41,254 nucleotides of DNA from a virus (taxonomy: Duplodnaviria > Caudoviricetes): the IMG/VR virus record IMGVR_UViG_3300033402_000027, positions 1 through 41,254 of that record; one strand, written 5' to 3'. Made by a program: the position numbers and the translations under genes. The notes under the pieces are model-generated. The model was not told the DNA's origin, searched no databases, and saw nothing but the letters and a program-made list of their open reading frames with translations. Numbering within the stretch: the first letter of the stretch is position 1; each line of letters begins with the position of its first letter. Shown in pieces: positions 6,529-17,024 of this stretch.

Positions 6529-9500
6529 ACCGTCATGAACCCGCCATTCAACATGGCGCCGGTCTGTCCACCTACGTTCATTCCCATTACGACTTGTGCG
6601 GTTCCAGTCACACCAGGAACAGACACCACAGTGCCTTGCATAGCCACTGGACCTGTGGCTCCAACAGCAAAGAGTGTCGAATTCAAACCTGATTGATTTT
6701 GAGCACTCGCGATGCGAGGAGGTCCAGAGGCTCCCGATCCGACTCCCATGATTCCATAGTAGGCTTGTGCACCACTCGGCACGTTCAAGCCAAGTTTCAT
6801 GCCTCCAGCAGCACCATAGGCATTGAATCCAGCGTAAAAGGCCTGATTTTGTCCAATGACACTGAATGCTAGGTTGGAGGGACCAGTGGCACCAGTGACT
6901 GACGAGACGAAATCGGCAGGATTGCGCGAAGCTTGTGCAAATGGCCCGGTAGCGCCCGTGACGCCTGGAGTTCCTTGTGGACCTTGCGTTCCACCGACCG
7001 AAATGACCGAAAGCTGGCAGTTGGTGAAATAAACTGTGTTAGAATTCGATGGGTTAAGGACCCGTACGTCAACAGTTTCACCCGCGCTCAGAGTCTTTGT
7101 CCCTGAGATGGCGATAGTGATTTTCGTATTGTTTGAGAGTTGGTTCCGAAGGAATAGATCGGTAGCCTCTGCTCCATTCAAATAAATTGCAAAGTCTGTG
7201 AGACCGGCACCCCCAGCGTCAATAAATTCACTCGTGAACGAAATGAAATATGTGCCGGAGTTTGTGACCGTGATGTTCCACGGATTGCTAACATTCAGTG
7301 TCGTATTGAGAGAAGCACCAGCATTGGTGATAGGTACTTGATACCAAGTGACATTGCTGCTGATGCTGATTCCGGTAATATCGTCGCTATTGTAGATGTA
7401 TCCATAGGCGCCCGATACCGCACCCGGTCCTGTAGCACCCTGCGGTCCTGTAGGTCCAGTGGCACCAGTTACACCACGGGCTCCAGTGGGCCCAGTTACA
7501 CCAGTGATTCCGGTGACACCTTGAAGCCCTTGGATACCTTGCGGACCGGTTGCACCCTGAGGACCAGTGGGACCTGTCGCACCAGTAAGACCTGTGACTC
7601 CAGGAGACCCTTGAGTACCTTGTCCCTGGGGCCCCGTCTGTCCTTGAGGGCCCGTGGGACCGGTGGCTCCTGTGACGCCTTGAACACCCTGAATCCCTTG
7701 TGGCCCGGTTGCACCTTGAGGACCAGTGGGCCCGGTTGCACCCGTGAGACCAGTGACACCAGGAGACCCCTGCGTACCTTGGGTTCCCTGCGTCCCTTGA
7801 GGTCCGATTCCACCTTGAGGTCCGGTGGGTCCAGTGACACCAGTGACACCCTGAGTACCACCGAATGCAACGACATTGAACAATCCATACAGAGGATCGA
7901 GAGTTGGCGAACCACTAACACCGGAACCTTTAAGCTGGACTGTGATCGTATCGCCTGCATTCAGGACTTGAACCGTATCGATGATCGCCGTGTAAACATC
8001 AGTGGATCCGGTTCCTAGAGCGAAATAGATCTGACAAATTGCATCAGTAATTGCAATTCCATTCTTGAAAAACTGGAATTGCAAACTTGTGATGGTCGCA
8101 CTCACGCCGAATGGCATGTTGAAGGAGAGCTTGTAAGCGCCTCCATTCGCGACTTGGATTGAACCAGTGTTGTAATTCAGTGTGGTATTAAGCGAGGCGC
8201 CAGCAGCTTGCCATGCGAGAATAGCAAAGGAACTCGTGACTACAGGAGATTGTGCAAATTGCAGTTCTCCATAGGCACTTAGTACCGCACCAGGACCTGT
8301 TGGCCCTAGCGGACCTTGAATGCCCGTTGCACCCTGTAGCCCCGTTGCACCTTGTGGTCCTGTGGGTCCAGTCGCGCCGGTTACTCCTTGGATACCTTGC
8401 GGTCCCTGAACACCAGTCGCACCCTGAGGACCTGTGGCTCCAGTGATGCCTTGGATACCTTGCGGTCCCTGAACACCAGTCGCTCCTTGGATACCTTGCG
8501 GTCCCTGTGGTCCAGTTGCTCCAGTGATCCCGGTGATTCCAGGGGATCCTTGTGCTCCTGCTCCACCTTGCGTGCCGGTGGCACCTTGAGGACCAGTTGA
8601 CCCTTGGACACCTTGTGGCCCTTGAGGACCCGTGGCTCCAGTCAGACCAGTTGCACCTGCAAGACCAGTCTGACCTTGTGGACCCTGGGGTCCGATGGAG
8701 CCCGTAGGACCGGTTGCACCAGTGACGCCTTGGATACCTTGTGGACCCTGGGGGCCTGTTGCACCCGTGACACCTTGTGCACCCGTAGGTCCTGCAGGTC
8801 CATTGGCACCAGTGGCACCTTGCGGGCCAGTGGCACCTTGTGGTCCCTGAGGACCAGTCGCTCCTGTAGCGCCAGTGACACCTTGTGGTCCCTGAGGACC
8901 AATAGAACCGGTGGGTCCTGTGGCTCCGGTAACTCCCTGAACACCCTGTGGTCCTTGAAGACCCGTGGCACCTTGAGGACCAGTTGTACCCTGTGCGCCC
9001 TGTGCTCCAACAGGGCCCGTCGCACCGGTTACTCCTTGAACACCTTGTGGTCCTTGTGCGCCTGTTTGACCTTGAGGACCAGTGGGACCGGTGGCTCCAG
9101 TTACGCCCGTTAGACCAGGCGACCCTTGAACACCAATGCCTGTGGGACCAGTTGCTCCCTGAGGACCCGTTGGACCAGTTGCGCCTTGAGGACCCGTGGG
9201 ACCAGTTGCGCCTGCGACGCCCGGTGATCCTTGCGTACCTTGAGGACCCGTTGGACCAGTTGCACCTGTTGCACCTGCGACACCCGGTGATCCTTGAACA
9301 CCAACACCAGTGGCGCCTTGTGGACCTGTTGCACCTTGTAAACCTGTCGCTCCTTGCGGACCTGTACTGCCAGTGCCTCCACCGCCGGCACCACCAATTG
9401 TAGAGACATTGAAATTTCCACTAATCAGAATTAGTGTTCGGCCACCTTCACTGTGGGCAACCCGAACATCTACAACATCCCCAACTTGGAGAGAACGCAA

Positions 9501-10379
9501 ACTGGTGAGAGTGATCGGAATACCGGCCGCACCAGGCGTGTAGATCTCATAAGATGAAGCATCGGGATCTTGAATCCCGTTCACGAAAATAGCAGCTTGC
9601 GTCCCACCACCAGACGGGTCTACTTCAACATCGAGAAATGCATCGATCTTATAGATACCAGTTTCATTAATTACGATGTTCGAATTAATGACACTTGGAG
9701 TCGTACCTGATGAAAGAGAAGCTGCAGCCCATGCTGCAAGCAAATACCACGTACCGGCACCGATTAAATTGACAGGTGCACCCGTATTTGTTGTAGAAAG
9801 TTGACCGTAAGAGACAAGGACCGCACCGGGACCAGTAGCTCCAGGAATCCCCTGAAGACCGGTTGCTCCTTGCGGTCCCTGAGGACCAGTGGCTCCAGTG
9901 ACACCATGGATACCTTGAGGACCTGTGGCTCCAGTAACTCCAGGAGATCCTTGAGTGCCTTGAGCGCCCGTAGCACCCCGAGCGCCCGTTGGGCCTTGAG
10001 GGCCTGTGGCGCCAGTGACACCAGGCGATCCTTGAGTTCCACCACCTGTCGCACCACGCGCTCCCGTAACACCGGGAGACCCTTGCAGTCCTTGAGGACC
10101 AGTGGCTCCTGTGGCTCCAGGAGGTCCTCCGAATGGGCCTGTAGCGCCTTGCGGACCGGTTGCACCGGTCACTCCTGTGAGTCCAGGCGATCCTTGTGTG
10201 CCTTGCGGACCGGTAGCTCCCTGAGGGCCCGTAGGACCCGTGGCTCCAGTTACTCCTTGCGGGCCGCCGTATGGGCCAGTGGCGCCCTGAGTACCAGTGG
10301 CACCTTGGGGCCCGGTTGGTCCGGTGGGGCCCTGTTCGCCCTGCAGATATAGATCGAGCCAGCTTATGACACTACCCAA
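6513..10379 (-). CDS. Collagen-like fibre protein (1288 aa) with three internal C1q/BclA-C-like globular domains
   Basis: Long G-X-Y tracts ([12 protein letters not shown]) separated by three ~145-aa beta-rich domains; start codon uncertain. Confidence 0.9.
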   Translation of the reverse strand: MGSVISWLDLYLQGEQGPTGPTGPQGATGTQGATGPYGGPQGVTGATGPTGPQGATGPQGTQGSPGLTGVTGATGPQGATGPFGGPPGATGATGPQGLQGSPGVTGARGATGGGTQGSPGVTGATGPQGPTGARGATGAQGTQGSPGVTGATGPQGIHGVTGATGPQGPQGATGLQGIPGATGPGAVLVSYGQLSTTNTGAPVNLIGAGTWYLLAAWAAASLSSGTTPSVINSNIVINETGIYKIDAFLDVEVDPSGGGTQAAIFVNGIQDPDASSYEIYTPGAAGIPITLTSLRSLQVGDVVDVRVAHSEGGRTLILISGNFNVSTIGGAGGGGTGSTGPQGATGLQGATGPQGATGVGVQGSPGVAGATGATGPTGPQGTQGSPGVAGATGPTGPQGATGPTGPQGATGPTGIGVQGSPGLTGVTGATGPTGPQGQTGAQGPQGVQGVTGATGPVGAQGAQGTTGPQGATGLQGPQGVQGVTGATGPTGSIGPQGPQGVTGATGATGPQGPQGATGPQGATGANGPAGPTGAQGVTGATGPQGPQGIQGVTGATGPTGSIGPQGPQGQTGLAGATGLTGATGPQGPQGVQGSTGPQGATGTQGGAGAQGSPGITGITGATGPQGPQGIQGATGVQGPQGIQGITGATGPQGATGVQGPQGIQGVTGATGPTGPQGATGLQGATGIQGPLGPTGPGAVLSAYGELQFAQSPVVTSSFAILAWQAAGASLNTTLNYNTGSIQVANGGAYKLSFNMPFGVSATITSLQFQFFKNGIAITDAICQIYFALGTGSTDVYTAIIDTVQVLNAGDTITVQLKGSGVSGSPTLDPLYGLFNVVAFGGTQGVTGVTGPTGPQGGIGPQGTQGTQGTQGSPGVTGLTGATGPTGPQGATGPQGIQGVQGVTGATGPTGPQGQTGPQGQGTQGSPGVTGLTGATGPTGPQGATGPQGIQGLQGVTGITGVTGPTGARGVTGATGPTGPQGATGPGAVSGAYGYIYNSDDITGISISSNVTWYQVPITNAGASLNTTLNVSNPWNITVTNSGTYFISFTSEFIDAGGAGLTDFAIYLNGAEATDLFLRNQLSNNTKITIAISGTKTLSAGETVDVRVLNPSNSNTVYFTNCQLSVISVGGTQGPQGTPGVTGATGPFAQASRNPADFVSSVTGATGPSNLAFSVIGQNQAFYAGFNAYGAAGGMKLGLNVPSGAQAYYGIMGVGSGASGPPRIASAQNQSGLNSTLFAVGATGPVAMQGTVVSVPGVTGTAQVVMGMNVGGQTGAMLNGGFMTVYPTN

Positions 10380-10384
10380 CCTTC

Positions 10385-10696
10385 CTACAGGTCTTCCGTA
10401 CTAACAGTCCAAGTGATCGCTCCATCGGTCATGGTTTGATTCATCGGCGACGGAAGTTCTCGGTTTTCCAGATGTTTGGCTAGTCTGCGAAGCCATTTGG
10501 CACAAAATTCTGGGGACCCATGCGTGATTGTCAAATTCACATCGACACGCTTGGCTGGCGATAAAGGAGAGAGGGCTCGAGCAGGCTCCGCCTGAGCTGG
10601 ATTCACCGGGGTTGGCTTCACCAACATGAATGGCGGTCTCACAGGAATCATGGACTGATCGGGCATCCGAACAGGAGGCTTGTTGATGGGGCGCAT
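10385..10696 (-). CDS. Hypothetical Pro-rich protein
   Basis: Fills the gap in the minus-strand operon with tight spacing on both sides. Confidence 0.65.
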   Translation of the reverse strand: MRPINKPPVRMPDQSMIPVRPPFMLVKPTPVNPAQAEPARALSPLSPAKRVDVNLTITHGSPEFCAKWLRRLAKHLENRELPSPMNQTMTDGAITWTVSTEDL

Positions 10697-10699
10697 GGT

Positions 10700-11605
10700 T
10701 TAGCCTTGCTCCAAGGTCAGATACATAGTCCATTGAATCGGTACCCCACCGGCAGCGGGTCCAATATATGCCCACTCACAAGTGTTGTCCGCGATATTGA
10801 TTCCCGTTCCAGTGGGTCCACTCACGCTGCCTGAAGTTCCAGGAGTTGTGAGTAAATAGTAACCGCCGCCACTGTTGACGATGATACTAGGAATGGTGAC
10901 AGTTCCGCCAGATGAATACGCATGAGAGAAAGTCTGCGGAATCGTGAAAGTCGTGGCTCCAGTAACCGTGATGGACTCCCAAAATCCATTGGCTTCGGTG
11001 GTTCCAACAATTCCTTCAATCGACAGTTGCTGTCCCGTTGCGAGCCCATGCGGTGATGTGGTCGTAATTTGAACATCACCACCTACGTTTGAAGTCGTAC
11101 TTACGCTTAGGGTATTTGCATAAACATTGCTGGCTTGCCAACTTGCAGGAGTTGGAAATCCTTGCACAGTGAGGAGTGCAGTATTCCCACTCAAAACGAG
11201 ATAAACGGACCCGTTGAATGCTGCTGCTGAATAAGAATTAGTCGGATATGCATCAGTCCAAACATTTGCGATTTGTGTTCCAAGCCCGTTAGGTGCATTG
11301 GTCACATCTTCAAACACAGTGCCCACAGGCACAGCACTTCCGATGCGTCCAATTACTCCACGACGACGAAATGCACCAGGAGCGAGATTGGGATTGATTC
11401 CCGCATAGGCTAGATTCGGAATGATCTCATATGAGAAGTAGAAGATCTTACCGGGAGGAGGAGCTAGCGTGTAGATCGTGGTGGGTGTTGCATCAATAGT
11501 ATTCACCATCGAAGTGATGACAGGCGAATACCCCGCAGGCCCGGTGGGTCCCGCTGGACCAGTGGGTCCAGGCGTGCCTTGCAGATATGCATCAATCCAG
11601 CTCAT
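10700..11605 (-). CDS. Virion/fibre-associated protein, short collagen N-terminus plus FCCH-like beta domain
   Basis: GTPGPTGPAGPTGPAG; VQITTTSPHGLATGQQLSIEGIVGTTEANG. Confidence 0.75.
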   Translation of the reverse strand: MSWIDAYLQGTPGPTGPAGPTGPAGYSPVITSMVNTIDATPTTIYTLAPPPGKIFYFSYEIIPNLAYAGINPNLAPGAFRRRGVIGRIGSAVPVGTVFEDVTNAPNGLGTQIANVWTDAYPTNSYSAAAFNGSVYLVLSGNTALLTVQGFPTPASWQASNVYANTLSVSTTSNVGGDVQITTTSPHGLATGQQLSIEGIVGTTEANGFWESITVTGATTFTIPQTFSHAYSSGGTVTIPSIIVNSGGGYYLLTTPGTSGSVSGPTGTGINIADNTCEWAYIGPAAGGVPIQWTMYLTLEQG

Positions 11606-11612
11606 GGGATCC

Positions 11613-13049
11613 TTACGGGAGAGCCGGGAAGGCGAGGAAGGTGATATTCACGAACCCTGTTCCTCCAGCGCCTCCGCTCAGGCCAGCGCCTCCACCAGTA
11701 TCTCCGTTGCCGCCACCACCACCGCCGCCACCTCCGGCTCCGGTGTTATTGCCAGCATTTTGTCCAATATTTCCATTGCCTCCAGCTCCTGCATGGGACC
11801 CGGTTCCTCCATTGCCACCATGGCCACCCGGTCCGAAACCACCAGCTCCACCGCCGCCACCACCGGCTCCACCGGGCCAAATTCCATCAGCGGCCCCATT
11901 TGAACCAGCTGCACCACCGTAAGGACCACCCCCACCAATGCCGCCGTTAGAATAACCAGTCGGGCTTGACCCACCGTTATAGCTTAATGCAGCTGCGTAA
12001 GTGGAGTTATTGGAGTTGGCTACGCTAGCACCACCCTCCTGGTAGTCCATCTGTCCAACAGGATCCGTATAGACCGAAACAGGCCAACTACCAATAGCAG
12101 TGATAGTGCCACTGCTATTGTATAGATTAATGAGTTGGCGGGCTCCTGGTGCATATTGTGTGAGAAGACCCGCGGGGCCAGAACGTAGCTGTCCTGCTGG
12201 ACCTCGACCACCTGGCGTAAATACCGGCACGTTTGAGGCAGTGGCGTTGATAGATGTTAGACCTCCTCCACCACCGGAACCACCAAGAAACTCAGCCGCG
12301 ATTGAATCGATATCGGGTCCATTAGCCCAATAAATAATAGTAGTTCCACCATCTCCACCAGGAGACGCGTTAGCAGGAGAGAGACCTCCAGCACTTCCGG
12401 CTCCGTTAGAACCTCCTGCTCCGATGATGATTCCGATAGCTGAGGTGCTAGCAGGAATCGGTACCAATGATTGTGCCCTTAGCGATCCGGAACCACCACC
12501 ACCTGCGGCATACTGTTGGTTTGCATCCCCTTCAATACCACCAGGACCGCCGCCACCACCGCCACCACCACCGCATCCGTCTACCAAAATGTGAGTAGCC
12601 CATGGAGGAATAGCGATGGTGCTCGTGGCGCTCACAGAAGTGAGCAGCATTTGCCGCTGAGTCATGAGATAACGCAGATATTGCGTTCTATCAGACAGAG
12701 CTTGGAGTCCGGAGAGCATTCCGGAGATCTGCAAGCTGAATGAATCTGCATCAGTCGGGAATTGGATTTGAGGTGAAAGACTCAGATCGTATGCGGTACC
12801 CGTGCCCGTAGCGACGAATGTGGATCCATTCAAAATGAAATGGGTCGAATCAACGACCGTAATGAAATAATAGAAAGTAAGTGGAACTCCAAGAATCGTG
12901 ACTTGGACATTCACATAATCGCCATCACCAAATAGGTGAGGCGCTGCCGTTTGAACTTCGGATTGACCACCATTGTTAGTAATGGCAGAAACCGTAGCCG
13001 AAAGAGGCGTAGTGACGTTGTTTGGGGTTCCAGTGATGACGGTAGACAT
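11613..13049 (-). CDS. Tail fibre protein with glycine-rich C-terminal domain
   Basis: ALSDRTQYLR fibre-type motif; IPPWATHILVDGCGGGGGGG...GGAGGTGFVNITF; lies after the baseplate genes. Confidence 0.75.
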   Translation of the reverse strand: MSTVITGTPNNVTTPLSATVSAITNNGGQSEVQTAAPHLFGDGDYVNVQVTILGVPLTFYYFITVVDSTHFILNGSTFVATGTGTAYDLSLSPQIQFPTDADSFSLQISGMLSGLQALSDRTQYLRYLMTQRQMLLTSVSATSTIAIPPWATHILVDGCGGGGGGGGGPGGIEGDANQQYAAGGGGSGSLRAQSLVPIPASTSAIGIIIGAGGSNGAGSAGGLSPANASPGGDGGTTIIYWANGPDIDSIAAEFLGGSGGGGGLTSINATASNVPVFTPGGRGPAGQLRSGPAGLLTQYAPGARQLINLYNSSGTITAIGSWPVSVYTDPVGQMDYQEGGASVANSNNSTYAAALSYNGGSSPTGYSNGGIGGGGPYGGAAGSNGAADGIWPGGAGGGGGGAGGFGPGGHGGNGGTGSHAGAGGNGNIGQNAGNNTGAGGGGGGGGGNGDTGGGAGLSGGAGGTGFVNITFLAFPALP

Positions 13050-13050
13050 A

Positions 13051-14658
13051 TTAGGTCACGTTTTCCACTGAGCAGTTGTTGTAAGTCCCCGTGCCCTGAC
13101 AATAGCAGTCCCAGAGATAGGGCGTGAGCGGATTGCCTGAAATAATACGAGTCGGGACCCAAACACCGTCTACGTTTTTACCGAAGGATCCGAAGGTCCC
13201 ATCAGGATTGCCGGCTCCTTCCGTTGAATTCGGGGAGTAAGCATTTCCAGGAGCTCCATTGCCGCAATCAAAGGCCACAATGATGTATTGGTAATAAGTG
13301 CCTGAAGACTTCCAAGTCTTCACTAGATTGCGAATGCTTACGATGACTTGTGGGAAGCAATTGAGCCCCCACGAAATCATCGTCCCTGATGGAGATTGCA
13401 CGGGTGGTGTGGGTTGCCAGACTCCACCAACATTGGCACCCACCCATGTCTGCACGATCACGACAGTCGTGAGCGGATCGGTCGTACCTGAATACGGAGT
13501 CGTCAGAGTGATCGTGTTAGTAGCGGCATCGATCAACTTGATGGTATATGTGACACCAGCCTGGGATCCGAATTGAATTTGATCTCCAGCGGTCAAGAAA
13601 GCCACAGATGGAATGTTAACGGTGGCGCTACCATTAGTAACCCCGAAAGGTCCCGTGTTTTCCGGAAGTGGGGTCGTGGCGTAAACAGGAGGAATAGTCA
13701 GTTGACCTTGACCGAAAGTCCAATTCGGAGCTCCCCAAGCCGGCCCCGGTCCGATGAACGGATAATAACCGATGCTCCAAGTGAGTGGTCCTGTGTCAAA
13801 TCGAATTCCACCAGGATTTGCAATTACGCAGCTTGTGGAGGAAAGCACTTGGACAATTTGGAAACATCCATTGTTCTGTGGATTCGTGGATCCCGTCATC
13901 GTGATCCACTGACCTACTTGATTCGAGGTCAAACCGGCGAGATCGATAATCGTCATCCAAGGAGTGTTAACAGGTGTTCCCGTAATCGCAGGAACCCAAA
14001 CTCCGTCAACATTCCGACCAGGGGATGTGAAACAAGCAGAATTCGCTACAGAGCCAGTTTGGGCCGATGAACCCGAAAGTCCAGTTGCGACTTGAGCCAT
14101 CGGGAGAATTAGCCATCTCCTCCAGGTATTCAGTTGATCAAATCCATCCCAACTGAAATTGTCCGGGCTAACTGTAGAAAGAGTCGGAGGCTGTCCGATA
14201 GGATCGCCCTGATAAATCTGATTCCAAGTGTTTGTGTAGTGGGCTCCACCCGTGGCATCATTGCCTACGATGGTGAGCATCGGGAGTGTGGGATCCACAC
14301 CAGGCTGAAGATTTTGCAAATAAGCTTGGAGTTGGCCGAGAACAGCTAACGCCGAGCCAGACTCGTCCCAAGTCTCAAATGATTCAGTAAGTCTTACGGT
14401 GAAATTCGCATTGGATTCTTTTGGCCCCTGAACCAAATTCCTATCGAATGCGAGATATGGAATATTGGATTCGTCACCCGCACCGGGAAGACGAATCGTC
14501 ATCGCCTCGAACGCTTTCTGACAAAGAAAGTCGCTCATGAGGTTGAGGACGTACAAATATTTTTCAGCGTTGCCAGTACGAAGCCATGGCGGAACGGGGA
14601 TCTCGTAGAATTGATCCCTGAACTGAGTCGCTTGCGGATTAACAATCACCGGAGGCAT
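13051..14658 (-). CDS. Baseplate wedge protein (P2 gpI / Mu gp48 position)
   Basis: IPYLAFDRNLVQGPKESNANFTVRL motif; follows the J-like gene. Confidence 0.65.
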   Translation of the reverse strand: MPPVIVNPQATQFRDQFYEIPVPPWLRTGNAEKYLYVLNLMSDFLCQKAFEAMTIRLPGAGDESNIPYLAFDRNLVQGPKESNANFTVRLTESFETWDESGSALAVLGQLQAYLQNLQPGVDPTLPMLTIVGNDATGGAHYTNTWNQIYQGDPIGQPPTLSTVSPDNFSWDGFDQLNTWRRWLILPMAQVATGLSGSSAQTGSVANSACFTSPGRNVDGVWVPAITGTPVNTPWMTIIDLAGLTSNQVGQWITMTGSTNPQNNGCFQIVQVLSSTSCVIANPGGIRFDTGPLTWSIGYYPFIGPGPAWGAPNWTFGQGQLTIPPVYATTPLPENTGPFGVTNGSATVNIPSVAFLTAGDQIQFGSQAGVTYTIKLIDAATNTITLTTPYSGTTDPLTTVVIVQTWVGANVGGVWQPTPPVQSPSGTMISWGLNCFPQVIVSIRNLVKTWKSSGTYYQYIIVAFDCGNGAPGNAYSPNSTEGAGNPDGTFGSFGKNVDGVWVPTRIISGNPLTPYLWDCYCQGTGTYNNCSVENVT

Positions 14659-14659
14659 A

Positions 14660-16522
14660 TCAAATCCCCAAAACGGTGATGAGTGGATTGAATAGAACGG
14701 CCATGAAGAATGGCGACGGGAATGCGACTCCTTGACCTAAACCTTGGCTGTTGATGGACAACGATTGAACTGTCGCAATGGATGCTTGTCCAAGAGTCTG
14801 CACACCGGCCTCGGTGAGCGCGCCGACGATATCGTCATAACTCACCTGATAGTCAGGTGCGTTCCCACCGATCGCATATGAAGCGATTTGATTTTGAAGT
14901 TGATTATTGACGGCTGCCTGATAGGTCGTCACAAAAGCCTGTGGGACTGCAACCGTAGCCGTGACCTGAATAGGCAGAGCAAGTGCGCTGAAAGTGAATG
15001 CGGTCGTGTTGTCAGGAACACAATTCTGCTGGAGAATCACGTCAATTTGACCCAAATCTCCGCCTTCAACAGAACCACCTGCGAAATAAGCCGGTTCTAG
15101 AGTCGTATCAATAGGAATTGAGAAACTATTCGCTGAGACGTAAGTGCCTAGGAATTTACCATTAACACTCAGCGGCCCAAGAACGCCCGTGATGCTTACG
15201 ATAAAACTCTGGCCTGTTGTAAGTCCAGTAGGTCCGGTGCAATTAATGATGGTCGGATTCTGTAGAATAATTCCAGTAATTGGCAACTGCGAGACTCCAG
15301 GGGTCACGTTGGCGCCATATACCGATCCACCATTCAGAGGAGATTGAGATCCAACGACGGTGATCACGGATCCCGTGCGAGGAATCGAGAAGTTAATGGC
15401 TCGAACTGGCCCGTTGACTAGGAAGTTGAGGGGCGGTTCCTCTGCAGCCAGAATCTGTTCGGCAGTTTCGGCGAAATAAGTATATGATTGAGAAGGACCG
15501 TTCGGAGATCTCGAGGCAAGCGATAGCTGGCAACGCGCGGCGAGTGCCTGATTGGACTCATAGTTGGAGCCCGACCAACCAGTGACGTTCGAAACGAATA
15601 CGTTTGTGTTTTGAGTGATAGCAGTGGTGACTGTGTAAGGCCCAGCGTTGGATCCAATGCCCGCCACATCTGCCACCATTTGCACAATGGAGCAGAGATA
15701 AGTGATTCCACCGGAAGAATATGTACCTCCTGAACCATTCGGAGGAGAAATCACATATGTGGTGGAAGTAGGCGTACCCGTAATCGTCGCAAAGACGCCG
15801 TTTAGTCCCGTGATCCCAGAACTTGTAGGAATTACGATATAAACCACCTGCCCCGGAGTCAGTCCGTGCGCAGTCAGAGTAGCAATGGTCGTAAATGCAA
15901 TGCCGGGAGTAACGCCCGTGATAGTTCCGCCATTACCAGGAATGATGGAGCTAGGAATTGAGAAAGACAATTCGTTATGGTAAGTCGCTCCACCGGGAGG
16001 ACCACCAACGTGGTAAGCACCGGCCGCGTAAGGACCAATCGTTCCTGCCGAAAGCTTTGCGATGGCGAGAGGACCGGTGACGTTGGTCGCTTGCAAACGC
16101 GTGACGTTGTAAACATTTTGGGCCAACAAGTCTTCATATCCAGGAGCACCCGTTGGATTTTGAGCCGCATTGCTCGGATCCGGGGTTACTGGAATTACGA
16201 CCGTCACGCCTTCAGGTGTCGTGTAAGTGACAGTTCCGGAAGCTGCCGATTGAAGGAAGCTTCCCTGCGCCATCTGCGAGATGACTGCATCGCTCAGAGA
16301 GAAGCAAACAGCTTCCGTTGCGAAAATGGTGCGCTCCGGATCGCCCGGTTGCCAAGAGGTTGTAGGCAACTGCACCGTGGCCGCCACCTGAAGCATGGTA
16401 GCCAACCACGAGCCATAGCCCGGTACCTGCGGGACCACACCCACAGTCGCACCATTGGCAGTCCCGTACGGACCCACTCCAGACGGTGCTGGCTGAAAGA
16501 GCAGGTTGACAGATAGAGTCAT
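14660..16522 (-). CDS. Baseplate J / Mu gp47-like protein with inserted beta domains
   Basis: WQPGDPERT, LLAQNVYNVTR, GSNYESNQALAARC, SPNGPSQSYTYFA. Confidence 0.8.
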   Translation of the reverse strand: MTLSVNLLFQPAPSGVGPYGTANGATVGVVPQVPGYGSWLATMLQVAATVQLPTTSWQPGDPERTIFATEAVCFSLSDAVISQMAQGSFLQSAASGTVTYTTPEGVTVVIPVTPDPSNAAQNPTGAPGYEDLLAQNVYNVTRLQATNVTGPLAIAKLSAGTIGPYAAGAYHVGGPPGGATYHNELSFSIPSSIIPGNGGTITGVTPGIAFTTIATLTAHGLTPGQVVYIVIPTSSGITGLNGVFATITGTPTSTTYVISPPNGSGGTYSSGGITYLCSIVQMVADVAGIGSNAGPYTVTTAITQNTNVFVSNVTGWSGSNYESNQALAARCQLSLASRSPNGPSQSYTYFAETAEQILAAEEPPLNFLVNGPVRAINFSIPRTGSVITVVGSQSPLNGGSVYGANVTPGVSQLPITGIILQNPTIINCTGPTGLTTGQSFIVSITGVLGPLSVNGKFLGTYVSANSFSIPIDTTLEPAYFAGGSVEGGDLGQIDVILQQNCVPDNTTAFTFSALALPIQVTATVAVPQAFVTTYQAAVNNQLQNQIASYAIGGNAPDYQVSYDDIVGALTEAGVQTLGQASIATVQSLSINSQGLGQGVAFPSPFFMAVLFNPLITVLGI

Positions 16523-16580
16523 CGGGCAGTTCTTTCCTAATAGGTGTTGCCCACAAGAATTTTAATGAAAGACCAGCAGT

Positions 16581-17012
16581 TCAAGATTGCACCAACAGGA
16601 GTTGCAATGTGACGGCATTGACGGACAACACTAGATTGAAAGGTCCATTCGCCGTGACCACGTTCGCACTTAGCGTCACGTCTCCTGCCACATTTATTGT
16701 GATAACTACGGTGCATCGAAGCACTCGCTGATCTTTCTGAGCCTCCTGGGCGAATTGCTGTTGAGCATATGCAAGATTTCTCGGGGAAAGTCCTGCATTG
16801 ACGAGATCGTAAATGTTTTGCCCATAATTAGGGTCATCGATAAGTTGGCCTTGAGAAGTAGTCCAACGACGAAGAATGGCTTCAGCTACAGCCTGATTCC
16901 CTGTAGCCATGTAACTTGGCATCGAGAGATCGAGCCCGTTCGGAGTCCCCCAACAAGTCCCGAAATTGACTGCTGCGGTCGTATTCAAATTGACAGGGTT
17001 ATTCATGCTCAT
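16581..17012 (-). CDS. Sheath initiator, gp25/gpW/Mu gp46-like
   Basis: AVAEAILRRWTT..G....DPNYG; EAQKDQRV. Confidence 0.75.
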   Translation of the reverse strand: MSMNNPVNLNTTAAVNFGTCWGTPNGLDLSMPSYMATGNQAVAEAILRRWTTSQGQLIDDPNYGQNIYDLVNAGLSPRNLAYAQQQFAQEAQKDQRVLRCTVVITINVAGDVTLSANVVTANGPFNLVLSVNAVTLQLLLVQS

Positions 17013-17024
17013 AGGATAGGTTCC

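Noticed and set aside
7338-10352. Multiple ORFs overlapping the collagen gene
   Set aside because: Stop-poor alternative frames caused by G-X-Y codon periodicity.
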